A program made the position numbers and the translations under genes. The notes under the pieces were generated by a model. The model ran no database searches. It was not told the origin of the DNA and was given only the letters and a program-made list of their open reading frames with translations. A stretch of 63,501 bases of DNA, the filler included. It is 5 parts of 5 records of this genome, joined end to end, with 100 filler letters (N's around TTAATTAATTAA, not from the genome) between each part and the next. Parts side by side here need not be neighbours in the genome. Positions count along the whole stretch, not along the records: positions 43,758 to 58,131 come from DRR378314_2136; 4 more parts are not named here. One strand, written 5' to 3'. Below, piece by piece: positions 44,621-53,272 of the stretch. Numbering within the stretch: the stretch's first letter is position 1; the number at the start of each line of letters is the position of its first letter.

Positions 44621-45298
44621 ATGATTGATTGGCGCGAGATTGATACTGTCCTACTCGATATGGATGGCACGCTGCTGGACCTGCACTTCGATAGCCATTT
44701 CTGGCTAGAGCACTTGCCAAAACGCTATGTTGAGCTTCATCAGCTAGACGCAGCGAGCCAAGAAGCGCTGCGTGCGCGCATTATCGGTGAGCAGGGCACG
44801 CTGAACTGGTACAGCCTTGCGTACTGGAGCCGCGAACTTGGTGTGGATATCGTGGCGCTGAAACGCGAAGTACAGCACTTGATAGGTCTGCGTAGCGATG
44901 CGTTAGACTTTTTAACCTGGCTGAAGCAAGCCCATCCCCGTGTCATTCTAGCGACCAACGCAGACCGTGACAGCCTCGCGCTAAAATTACCGCTGACAGG
45001 GTTGGGAAACTACCTCGACGCCATCATCTCATCAGAAGATGTGGGGGCTGCCAAAGAGGAGCAGGCTTTCTGGTTTGCGCTTCAAGAGCGAGAACCGTTT
45101 GATTCAGCGCGCACGCTGTTTATCGATGATAATGCACGCGTGCTCGAAAGTGCCCGTGAGTTTGGTATCAAACACTTACTCGGTATTAAGCAGCCAGATA
45201 GCCGGCGGCCTGAAAAAGAACTGCAGGAGTTTATTGCCCTAGACCGGTTTGCCCAACTGCTGCCAGATAACCTGCCAGGGCAGCGAGGAGAGCGTTAA
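44621..45298 (+). CDS. yrfG: GMP/IMP nucleotidase YrfG (HAD family)
   Basis: MIDW..IDTVLLDMDGTLLDLHFD..FW; GGAG RBS. Confidence 0.9.
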   Translation: MIDWREIDTVLLDMDGTLLDLHFDSHFWLEHLPKRYVELHQLDAASQEALRARIIGEQGTLNWYSLAYWSRELGVDIVALKREVQHLIGLRSDALDFLTWLKQAHPRVILATNADRDSLALKLPLTGLGNYLDAIISSEDVGAAKEEQAFWFALQEREPFDSARTLFIDDNARVLESAREFGIKHLLGIKQPDSRRPEKELQEFIALDRFAQLLPDNLPGQRGER

Positions 45299-45687
45299 TG
45301 AGCGACAGCGTTCGCTTGGATAAGTGGCTATGGGCCGCACGGTTTTTCAAAACCCGTGCCCTGGCTAAAAAAGCGATAGAAGGCGGTAAAGTCCATTATG
45401 ACGGTGGCCGCGTAAAAACCAGCAAAAATGTCGAGCTGGGGGCGCTTATTCGCGTTCCCCAAGGGTGGGATATTTTTGAGGTGGAAGTGGTTTCGCTTTC
45501 CGACCAGCGTCGCGGCGCGCCAGAAGCGCGTAAACTCTACGCTGAAACGGAGGAAAGCGTGCAACGCCGAGCCAAAGAAGCTGAAGCTCGTCGTCTCACC
45601 AATGAAGCCATGCAGCACCCACTCAAACGCCCTGATAAAAAACAGCGGCGTGACATCCAGCGCTTCCAGCGCCAACAGGGCGATTAA
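45298..45687 (+). CDS. hslR: Ribosome-associated heat shock protein Hsp15
   Basis: [17 protein letters not shown]4 domain; RPDKKQRR. Confidence 0.96.
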   Translation: MSDSVRLDKWLWAARFFKTRALAKKAIEGGKVHYDGGRVKTSKNVELGALIRVPQGWDIFEVEVVSLSDQRRGAPEARKLYAETEESVQRRAKEAEARRLTNEAMQHPLKRPDKKQRRDIQRFQRQQGD

Positions 45688-45745
45688 ACACGCGTTTATT
45701 CGTCATGGCGGTAAGCCTTCTCTCTACTTCTCCGACGGTTTCCTT

Positions 45746-46621
45746 ATGTCTGATCAAATCCAACGTTTTATGTTTGACCAAACCAACGTGCGAGGTGAAA
45801 TCGTCACGCTCAGCACTGCCTATCATGAGGTGCTTGACCGCCACGCTTACCCGCCAGCGGTTAATGAGCTGCTGGGTGAGCTGTTGGCGGCGGTCGCTTT
45901 GCTAACCGACACGGTAAAACTAGACGGCACCTTAAGCATTGAAGTGCGAGGACGAGGCTCCTTGGCACTCTTAATGGCCGAGTCCAACCCCGGTGGTGAG
46001 CTGCGTGCGATCGCGCGAATCGCGGAAGACGCTGTGCTGCCCAGCGAATATGCCAGTTTCCGAGAGCTGGTGGGGGAAGGGCAAATTGTGATTACCCTAG
46101 ATCCAAGGGAAGGGCATCGATATCAAGGTATTGTTGCGCTTGATCACGCTACCTTGGGTGGCTGCCTAGAAGCCTACTTTGGCCAATCAGAACAGTTGCC
46201 AACCCGCCTTTGGCTCGCGGCTGACGGCGAACGTGCAGGCGGGCTGTTGCTTCAACGCCTGCCCGATGCCTCACAAAACCAAGATGTTGACGCCTGGGAA
46301 CGCAGCGTTCATCTCGCTGACACTATTAAGACTGAAGAGCTTCTAGGGCTGGAGCAGCGCGAAGTACTGTACCGGCTCTATCACGAAGAGACGGTCAGAG
46401 TGTTCGAGCCGAAAGCACTACGCTTTGGCTGCACCTGCTCGCGGGAGCGAATGAGCCATGCGTTATACACACTTGGCGAACAGGAGCTGCGCGATATTTT
46501 GCGCGAAGAAGGCGCAATCGATACGCAATGCCACTTTTGCCACACGAAATATCACTACACAGCCGCAGAGATTGAAATTTTATTAGAAAATCCGGACGCG
46601 CCACCCCCGGTGATTCATTGA
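45746..46621 (+). CDS. hslO: Redox-regulated chaperone Hsp33
   Basis: Start [22 protein letters not shown]...CHFC zinc centre. Confidence 0.96.
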   Translation: MSDQIQRFMFDQTNVRGEIVTLSTAYHEVLDRHAYPPAVNELLGELLAAVALLTDTVKLDGTLSIEVRGRGSLALLMAESNPGGELRAIARIAEDAVLPSEYASFRELVGEGQIVITLDPREGHRYQGIVALDHATLGGCLEAYFGQSEQLPTRLWLAADGERAGGLLLQRLPDASQNQDVDAWERSVHLADTIKTEELLGLEQREVLYRLYHEETVRVFEPKALRFGCTCSRERMSHALYTLGEQELRDILREEGAIDTQCHFCHTKYHYTAAEIEILLENPDAPPPVIH

Positions 46622-46742
46622 TTGTGTAGTCGCAGATGATGGCATGGATATTGAAGTCGTATGTGTGCCGCGCTAGTCATAGCAAAGCCTATAGGATGCC
46701 TGCCGAACGATTGTTTGAAAATATACTGCGCTGCAACACAAA

Positions 46743-46773
46743 ATGTAGTGTCATTGTAGTAGTTTAACTACAA
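46743..46773. promoter_or_regulatory. Palindromic HexR/RccR-like operator upstream of pckA
   Basis: TTGTAGT-agttta-ACTACAA (46754-46773) plus an extra ATGTAGT half-site at 46743. Confidence 0.55.
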
Positions 46774-46783
46774 GATATTTGAT

Positions 46784-46815
46784 GAAAGCCCCCGTTTCCC
46801 GGGGGCTTTCTTTTT
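46784..46815 (+). terminator. Intrinsic terminator-like hairpin between hslO and pckA
   Basis: GAAAGCCCCCG-tttcc-CGGGGGCTTTC-TTTTT. Confidence 0.7.
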
Positions 46816-46931
46816 GCCATAATGCGCCGGACTTCAGCGCACTCAGCCCATGGTATTGGAAACAATAAGCGGCTGAGATGATTTCTCAAGGCGTCGTTGA
46901 CGCCCGGTAAATTCGAGACCCAGGAATCGAC

Positions 46932-48488
46932 ATGACCACGACTCAAGCCGCTCCCCAAGCCCACGTTAATCTTAGCAGCGCCGAACTGATCGAGCGCGCC
47001 GTGGCCCGTGGTGAAGGCCGCCTGTCGGCTAACGGTGCGCTGGTGGTAAACACCGGTCTGCGCACAGGGCGTTCACCGAAAGATCGCTATATCGTCGACG
47101 AGTCCTCTACTCGCGATAGCATCGACTGGGGAAGCGTGAACCGCCCGTTTGATGCTGAGAAATTTTCAGCGCTGTGGGCACGTGTAGAAGACTATCTGGG
47201 TAGCGGTGAGCACTTCGTAGCCGAACTGCATGTAGGCAGTGATAACACACACTACTTACCCGTTCGTGTTACCACAGAAACGGCTTGGCAAAACCTGTTT
47301 GGCCGCACCATGTTTGTGCGCCCGCAGGCATATAACACAGCGGTTAAAGATGAGTGGACGATTCTGAACGCCGCGGGTTTTGAGTGTGACCCCAGCCGCG
47401 ACGGCACCAACTCTGATGGCTGTGTCATTATTAACTTTGCCGAGCGCAAAGTATTGATTGCTGGTATGCGCTATGCCGGTGAAATGAAGAAAGCAATGTT
47501 CTCGGTGCAGAACTACTTGTTGCCAGAAGCTGATGTTCTGCCGATGCACTGCTCTGCGAACGTTGGTGAAGACGGCGAAACCTGTTTGTTCTTCGGCCTT
47601 TCAGGTACGGGTAAAACCACGCTTTCCGCTGACCAAGCGCGTTACCTGATTGGCGATGATGAGCACGCCTGGGGCGACGGTATCGTCTTCAACATGGAAG
47701 GTGGCTGCTACGCTAAGTGTATCGACCTGTCTGAGAAGAACGAGCCGGTTATCTGGAACGCGATTAAGTTTGGTACCGTGCTGGAGAACGTTGTTCTTGA
47801 CGATCGTCGCGAGCCGGATTACGCCGACGACAGCCTGACTCAAAACTCTCGTGCCGCCTATCCGCTAGAGCACGTTGAAAAGCGTGTACCGGAGAACCTG
47901 GCTGGTGAACCTAACGCTATCGTCTTCCTGACCTGCGATATGTCTGGCGTATTGCCGCCCGTATCGATTCTTTCCAAAGAAGCCGCCGCGTACCATTTCT
48001 TGTCAGGCTACACTGCGAAAGTGGGCTCTACCGAAATGGGTTCATCTGAAGGCTTGGCTGCCACATTCTCTACCTGCTTCGGTGCGCCGTTCTTCCCGCG
48101 TCCTGCGCGTGAATACGCCGACCTGCTGATCAAGCGGGTAGACAAAAAAGATGCTCAGGTTTATCTCGTCAACACCGGTTGGACAGGTGGTGCCTACGGC
48201 GAAGGTGGCTCACGTTTCTCTATCCCGACTACTCGCGCCATCATCAGTGCTATTCAGTCTGGCGTGTTGCGTGATGTTGAAACCCAGCACATCGACGGCC
48301 TGAACCTTCAAGTGCCTGTAGCCGTGCCGGGTGTCGACTCTAGCCTGCTCAATCCTCGCGAGACGTGGGCTGACCAAGATGCCTACGACCGTCACCTGCA
48401 AGATCTTGCCACTAAGTTCGTTGATAACTTCAAGAAGTTTGAAGGTGTTAACGCGGCAATTATCAAGGCAGGTCCGCAGTTAACCTGA
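46932..48488 (+). CDS. pckA: Phosphoenolpyruvate carboxykinase (ATP)
   Basis: [45 protein letters not shown]. Confidence 0.98.
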   Translation: MTTTQAAPQAHVNLSSAELIERAVARGEGRLSANGALVVNTGLRTGRSPKDRYIVDESSTRDSIDWGSVNRPFDAEKFSALWARVEDYLGSGEHFVAELHVGSDNTHYLPVRVTTETAWQNLFGRTMFVRPQAYNTAVKDEWTILNAAGFECDPSRDGTNSDGCVIINFAERKVLIAGMRYAGEMKKAMFSVQNYLLPEADVLPMHCSANVGEDGETCLFFGLSGTGKTTLSADQARYLIGDDEHAWGDGIVFNMEGGCYAKCIDLSEKNEPVIWNAIKFGTVLENVVLDDRREPDYADDSLTQNSRAAYPLEHVEKRVPENLAGEPNAIVFLTCDMSGVLPPVSILSKEAAAYHFLSGYTAKVGSTEMGSSEGLAATFSTCFGAPFFPRPAREYADLLIKRVDKKDAQVYLVNTGWTGGAYGEGGSRFSIPTTRAIISAIQSGVLRDVETQHIDGLNLQVPVAVPGVDSSLLNPRETWADQDAYDRHLQDLATKFVDNFKKFEGVNAAIIKAGPQLT

Positions 48489-48557
48489 TATGTACGATAG
48501 GGTAAAGATTGTCAAACGTTTGAATAACTAATCGAACGTTTGGGCAGTCAAGTAGTC

Positions 48558-48592
48558 AAAACGGGACGGTGCTAAGGCGCCGTCCCGTTTTT
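48558..48592 (+). terminator. Intrinsic terminator after pckA
   Basis: AAAACGGGACGGTGC-taag-GCGCCGTCCCGTTTTT. Confidence 0.8.
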
Positions 48593-48630
48593 GTGTCTAT
48601 GTGCTTGACGTATTAAGGGGGAGTGCGCAA

Positions 48631-49128
48631 ATGAAACGTCGTCACTTTTTGGGTCTTGCGGGACTAACGGGATTGGCAGGTGTTCTTCCGGGCGTCTCGT
48701 TTGGCTTTCCGCGTTTAGACCTTGAAGCAGCTCCTGGCCTTGAAAAGCTTGAATTAAGCGAAGAGGAATGGCGTGAACGCCTAACTGATGAAGCCTTTTA
48801 CGTGCTCCGCGAAGAGGGAACTGAGCGCGCCTTTTCAAGCCCCCTGGACGGAGAGGTTGGGGAAGGTGAGTACCGCTGTGCTGGGTGCGATCTTGTGCTT
48901 TTTACCAGCGCAATGAAGTATGACTCTGGCACCGGTTGGCCCAGTTTTTTCGAGCATGTTGAGGGCCACTTGTTAAGCAAGTTGGATTTCAAACTGGTGT
49001 GGCCACGCACAGAGTATCACTGCGCGCGCTGCGGCGGTCATCAAGGTCATGTCTTTGGTGATGGCCCAGAGCCTACCGGTTTGCGTTGGTGCAACAACGG
49101 TGTAGCGTTGCGGTTTGTGCCTGCATAA
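48631..49128 (+). CDS. msrB: Peptide-methionine (R)-S-oxide reductase with Tat signal
   Basis: MKRRHFLG twin-arginine leader; GTE, CAGC, SGTGWPSF, CARC, GHVF.DGP, RWCNNG. Confidence 0.93.
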   Translation: MKRRHFLGLAGLTGLAGVLPGVSFGFPRLDLEAAPGLEKLELSEEEWRERLTDEAFYVLREEGTERAFSSPLDGEVGEGEYRCAGCDLVLFTSAMKYDSGTGWPSFFEHVEGHLLSKLDFKLVWPRTEYHCARCGGHQGHVFGDGPEPTGLRWCNNGVALRFVPA

Positions 49129-49137
49129 AACACTATC

Positions 49138-49226
49138 CGCGGGTGCCTCGTTTGCTCGTCCCTCGCAAGACTCGTTACACCGCGCTACAGGGATGCAACC
49201 ATTGAACTCAGTGGGATTGTAGCGCG
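49138..49226. repeat. GTAG-type REP doublet: long REP (minus, 49138-49189) plus left part of a short REP split by the IS
   Basis: The 52-nt unit matches 56117-56168 with 3 mismatches; TGTAGCGCG at 49218-49226. Confidence 0.85.
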
Positions 49227-49254
49227 TATATGGACTCCTCCTCGTCTGCAAGCA

Positions 49255-49500
49255 CAAAAGGTCATAGCGGCACAGTCGACTGCTAGCGTATATCCGGTCT
49301 CGTAAAGGATGCCTAACGTGGACATCGGACCTTAATGGGCTATTCGCACGTCGGGTACCCTCAGCGTAAACGAGCTTTCTTGCTCTACGCGCTACACGGT
49401 ATGGCCCGACGTCGGTTCGACCTGTTCGCCATCTCTCTTGTGGTGGTGCAGTCGGGGCGGTAGGAACACCGGTTAAAGGTTCAACATTGATGGTCGCGTC
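49255..49500 (-). ncRNA. Predicted bridge/seekRNA in the non-coding region downstream of the transposase (ends approximate)
   Basis: Four short segments match the target flanks and the IS-end junction, lying in two stem-closed internal loops. Confidence 0.65.
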
Positions 49501-49506
49501 ACCTGT

Positions 49507-50541
49507 TTAAGCGGCGGCGGCCAACTCAGGGTTATACGGCACCTCGTAACGTGTGACGGCCCACGCCATACGCGCTGTCTTATTGGCGAGTGCCACGATC
49601 GCCACGTTGCGATGTTTGCGCACGGCAAGGTGCTTGATCCACTGGCTGAGTCCGTCGTCTTTTTTCACCGAATAACGAAGGACGGCGCGGGCGCCATGTA
49701 CCAGCAGCTTGCGTAAGTAACTATTGCCACGTTTACTGATCCCCAACAGGCGCTCTCTTCCGCCCGTGCTATGTTGACGCGGGGTCAGTCCTAATGAGGC
49801 GGCAAAGTCGCGTCCTCGCTTGTATATAGTACCGTCACCCAGCACACCTGATAAGGCACTGGCGGTGATGGGGCCAATGCCGCGGAGGGTCATCAAGCGC
49901 TTGGCAACCGGGTCGGTGTTGGCATGTGTTTCAATGGCGGACGTTAACTGCGCAACGCGCTCGTCTAAATAACGTAAGTCATCCGCTAAGTCGGCCAATA
50001 GGCGGCGAAAGCGGTCACTGAGCCCGTTGGTGGCATCCTCTAGCCAAAGAGGCAGCGCCCGCCGTAACTGCTGAATACCAGTGGGGGCAATAAACCCATA
50101 TTCACCGACGAGGCCACGGATTTGATTGGCCTTCGCTGTGCGCTGGCTAATCAGCTCTTCACGGATCCGGTGGGTGGCTTGACTGTCCTGTTGATCAACG
50201 GTTTTTACGGCCACGAAGCGCATCGTTGGACGGCCTAATGCTTCACAAATCGCTTCAGCATCTGCCCGATCATTTTTATTCGTTTTAACGTAAGGTTTCA
50301 CGAATTGGGCCGCTATGAGCTTCACATGGTAGCCACGCGCTTGAAGTTCGCGCGCCCAATAATGCGCCGATGCACATGCCTCCATGCCGATGGTGGCGCC
50401 TTGAGGAACGCGTCGACAGACAGCCTCCAGCCACTTGGCCCGGGTATATTTACCTCGCCATTGAGGCTTCTCATGCCGGTCAACGCCATGTACGTGAAAG
50501 ACAGACTTTGCGATATCCACACCAACTCGGCTAATGTTCAT
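49507..50541 (-). CDS. IS110-family DEDD transposase/recombinase
   Basis: GVDIAK, GMEAC, KNDRADA (D-E-D-D); C-terminal GLTPRQHSTGG serine motif; intact 344-aa ORF. Confidence 0.96.
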   Translation of the reverse strand: MNISRVGVDIAKSVFHVHGVDRHEKPQWRGKYTRAKWLEAVCRRVPQGATIGMEACASAHYWARELQARGYHVKLIAAQFVKPYVKTNKNDRADAEAICEALGRPTMRFVAVKTVDQQDSQATHRIREELISQRTAKANQIRGLVGEYGFIAPTGIQQLRRALPLWLEDATNGLSDRFRRLLADLADDLRYLDERVAQLTSAIETHANTDPVAKRLMTLRGIGPITASALSGVLGDGTIYKRGRDFAASLGLTPRQHSTGGRERLLGISKRGNSYLRKLLVHGARAVLRYSVKKDDGLSQWIKHLAVRKHRNVAIVALANKTARMAWAVTRYEVPYNPELAAAA

Positions 50542-50638
50542 ATGGGCTTCTCCTGACTCTCAAGCTGATAGTTTTCCAACCACCTACCAGTATGGCGCAC
50601 TGACGCCGGAGTAGGGTGAGGAGGAGTCCATCCCATTG

Positions 50639-50659
50639 GGTAAGCGAAGCGCACCCGCG
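50639..50659 (+). repeat. Right part of the REP interrupted by the IS
   Basis: GGTAAGCGAAGCGCACCCGCG is the reverse complement of 56063-56083. Confidence 0.85.
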
Positions 50660-50754
50660 AGGGTAGCTTCCCCATCGTGGCCAATTCATGCCAGCATCGT
50701 GCGATTGTGGTACCTTGTCGGCACCTCGAATGCTGCATGAGTTAGTTGCACGTT

Positions 50755-53130
50755 ATGGATGTCAAACAACGTATTATTTCACGCTTAGCCACTGAGCTAA
50801 ACGTACGGCCTGAACAGGTCTCCGCAACGGTAGAGCTTCTGGATGGTGGCGCTACCGTGCCGTTTATTGCTCGTTATCGTAAAGAGGTAACGGGTGCCCT
50901 CGATGATATTCAGCTGCGCCAACTGGATGAGCGCCTGCGCTATTTGCGCGAGCTGGAAGAGCGCCGTGAAGCCGTACTAGCGGCTATTGATGAGCAAGGC
51001 AAACTGGATGCCACGCTGAAAGCAACGATTCAGGCAGCTGAGACGAAGCAGCGCCTAGAAGACTTATACCTACCGTTTAAGAAAAAGCGCCGCACGAAAG
51101 CTCAAATTGCCCGTGAAGCGGGCTTAGAGCCTCTGGCTGATGCCCTGTTGGCCAATCCGCAGCTTAATCCCGAAAGCGAAGCAGCGCAGTACCTGCGCCC
51201 TGCAGAAGGCGATATTCCAGCCATTGAAGATGCTAAAGCCGCCCTTGATGGTGCTAAGCAAATTCTCATGGAACGCTTCGCCGAAGACCCTGAACTTATT
51301 GGCCGGTTGCGTGAACGGTTATGGCAAGAGGGCGAATTAAGTGCCCGCGTGCTAGATGGCAAGCAGCAGGAGGGCGCAAAGTTCTCTGACTACTTCGAAC
51401 ATGACGAGAAACTGGCCAAGGTGCCATCTCACCGTGCGCTTGCTATGTTCCGTGGTCGCAACGAAGGTGTTTTAAGCTTGGCGATTCGTCTGCCTGGCGA
51501 AGAGGACGCTCCAATTCATCCGGCCCAGGTCGCCATTGCCAAACAAGTGGGTATTAGCGATGAAGGCCGCCCCGCCGACAAATGGTTGAGCGAAGTAGTT
51601 CGCTGGACGTGGCGTGTGAAGCTCTATACCGCGCTTGAAACCGAGCTGTTGGGTCGTTTGCGCGAGCAGGCGGAGTTAACCGCTATCGAGGTGTTTGCCG
51701 CCAACCTGAAAGACCTTTTGCTAGCAGCACCAGCAGGGCAAAAAGTGACTCTCGCGATTGACCCGGGTCTAAGAACCGGCTGTAAGATTGCGGTGGTGGA
51801 TGCAACTGGTCAATTTATCGACCAAGCGACGATTTACCCCCATGCGCCGCAGAATCGCTGGGACGAATCGCTCAATGTGCTCGCTAAACTGGTTAAACAG
51901 CATGGCGTTCAACTCGTTGCTGTTGGCAATGGTACTGCCAGTCGCGAAACCGACAGGCTGGCAGGTGATCTGCTGAAGGCGTTAGCGCCCGAACATCGTT
52001 TAAGTAAAGTCATGGTGTCTGAGGCCGGTGCGTCGGTTTACTCCGCGTCGGAATACGCCTCTCGCGAGCTGCCAGATCTTGATGTCACCGTACGCGGCGC
52101 CGTCTCTATTGCTCGCCGCCTGCAAGACCCGCTTGCAGAACTGGTGAAAATCGAGCCGAAATCTATCGGTGTTGGTCAGTATCAGCACGATGTCTCCCAG
52201 GTGCAGCTGTCGCGTAGTCTAGAAGTCGTGATAGAAGACTGTGTTAACGCAGTCGGTGTGGATCTCAATACGGCATCTAGCGCATTGCTTTCACGTGTTG
52301 CTGGGCTAAGTGCTGCCATTGCTGAAAATATTGTTGCCCAACGCAACGTTAAAGGTGCCTTCACAAGCCGTAAAGAGCTGTTGGAAGTCAGCCGCCTTGG
52401 GCCAAAGACGTTTGAGCAGTGTGCTGGTTTTTTACGCATCAGCAACGCCGAAAATCCGCTGGATGCCAGCGCCGTTCACCCAGAGGCTTATACGCTGGTA
52501 GAGCGTATTGCCAAGCAGAATAGCCGAGATATAAAAGGTCTGATTGGTGATAGTGCGACGCTAAAGGCATTGAAACCCGCCGACTTCGCTGATGAGCGTT
52601 TTGGTGTTCCTACCGTCAGCGATATTCTCAAAGAGCTAGATAAGCCAGGACGCGACCCGCGCCCTGAGTTTAAGGCGGCTGAATTCCGTGAAGGCGTCGA
52701 AACACTCAAAGACCTGAAACTTGGCATGGTGCTGGAAGGTACCGTCACCAACGTGACCCACTTCGGTGCCTTTGTAGATATTGGCGTTCATCAAGACGGG
52801 CTCGTGCATATTTCAGCGCTCTCTGACCGCTTTATCGATGACCCCCGCAGTGTCGTCAAAGCAGGCGATATCGTTACCGTTAAGGTGATGAGCGTGGATA
52901 TCCCCCGCAAGCGGGTAGGGCTTTCAATGCGTTTGGATGATGAGCCAGAGCAGGCGCAAGCCGCTTCAAATTCCACTAACGACGAGCCCTGTAAGCCTGC
53001 GCGTAGTCAGCGGTCGGCCAGTTCTGGACAGAACGGTCGTGGTCAACGCCAGGGAGGAAAGTCCAGCGAAGCAGCGGCACCAATGGGCGCGCTCGGCGCA
53101 GCACTGCTTAAAGCAAAGCAGGGCAAATAG
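50755..53130 (+). CDS. tex: Tex/YhgF transcriptional accessory protein
   Basis: ATVPFIARYRKE, DPGLRTGCK, GNGTASRET, EAGASVYSAS, HhH, C-terminal S1 domain. Confidence 0.96.
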   Translation: MDVKQRIISRLATELNVRPEQVSATVELLDGGATVPFIARYRKEVTGALDDIQLRQLDERLRYLRELEERREAVLAAIDEQGKLDATLKATIQAAETKQRLEDLYLPFKKKRRTKAQIAREAGLEPLADALLANPQLNPESEAAQYLRPAEGDIPAIEDAKAALDGAKQILMERFAEDPELIGRLRERLWQEGELSARVLDGKQQEGAKFSDYFEHDEKLAKVPSHRALAMFRGRNEGVLSLAIRLPGEEDAPIHPAQVAIAKQVGISDEGRPADKWLSEVVRWTWRVKLYTALETELLGRLREQAELTAIEVFAANLKDLLLAAPAGQKVTLAIDPGLRTGCKIAVVDATGQFIDQATIYPHAPQNRWDESLNVLAKLVKQHGVQLVAVGNGTASRETDRLAGDLLKALAPEHRLSKVMVSEAGASVYSASEYASRELPDLDVTVRGAVSIARRLQDPLAELVKIEPKSIGVGQYQHDVSQVQLSRSLEVVIEDCVNAVGVDLNTASSALLSRVAGLSAAIAENIVAQRNVKGAFTSRKELLEVSRLGPKTFEQCAGFLRISNAENPLDASAVHPEAYTLVERIAKQNSRDIKGLIGDSATLKALKPADFADERFGVPTVSDILKELDKPGRDPRPEFKAAEFREGVETLKDLKLGMVLEGTVTNVTHFGAFVDIGVHQDGLVHISALSDRFIDDPRSVVKAGDIVTVKVMSVDIPRKRVGLSMRLDDEPEQAQAASNSTNDEPCKPARSQRSASSGQNGRGQRQGGKSSEAAAPMGALGAALLKAKQGK

Positions 53131-53229
53131 TCGCGCGTCTTGAATATTTAATGGTTGCCGCCATATCCTGCTGTCTATTCTCGGTAAAAAAACGTGATAA
53201 ACCGCATGGCGATGCCAGCTGATTTCAAC

Positions 53230-53252
53230 AAGGCCTGCTTTAAGCAGGCCTT
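53230..53252. other. Perfect hairpin just upstream of the gshA RBS
   Basis: AAGGCCTGCTT-t-AAGCAGGCCTT; no long U tract. Confidence 0.5.
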
Positions 53253-53272
53253 ACTAACAAGGAGTGTTCACC

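Larger units (their letters stand above)
49227..50638 (-). mobile_element. IS110-family, IS1111-subgroup insertion sequence (~1412 bp) inserted in a REP
   Basis: Perfect 14-bp sub-terminal IRs ATGGACTCCTCCTC (49230-49243 and 50618-50631), 3 and 7 nt inside the ends; no target duplication; flanks rejoin to a REP. Confidence 0.9.

Noticed and set aside
45428-45745. N-terminal extensions in the ORF track (hslO, glmM, trxA, ribA, PTPS, yrfG, opgH, RibD-like)
   Set aside because: Most overlap neighbouring genes; downstream ATGs match family N-termini and usually have an RBS.
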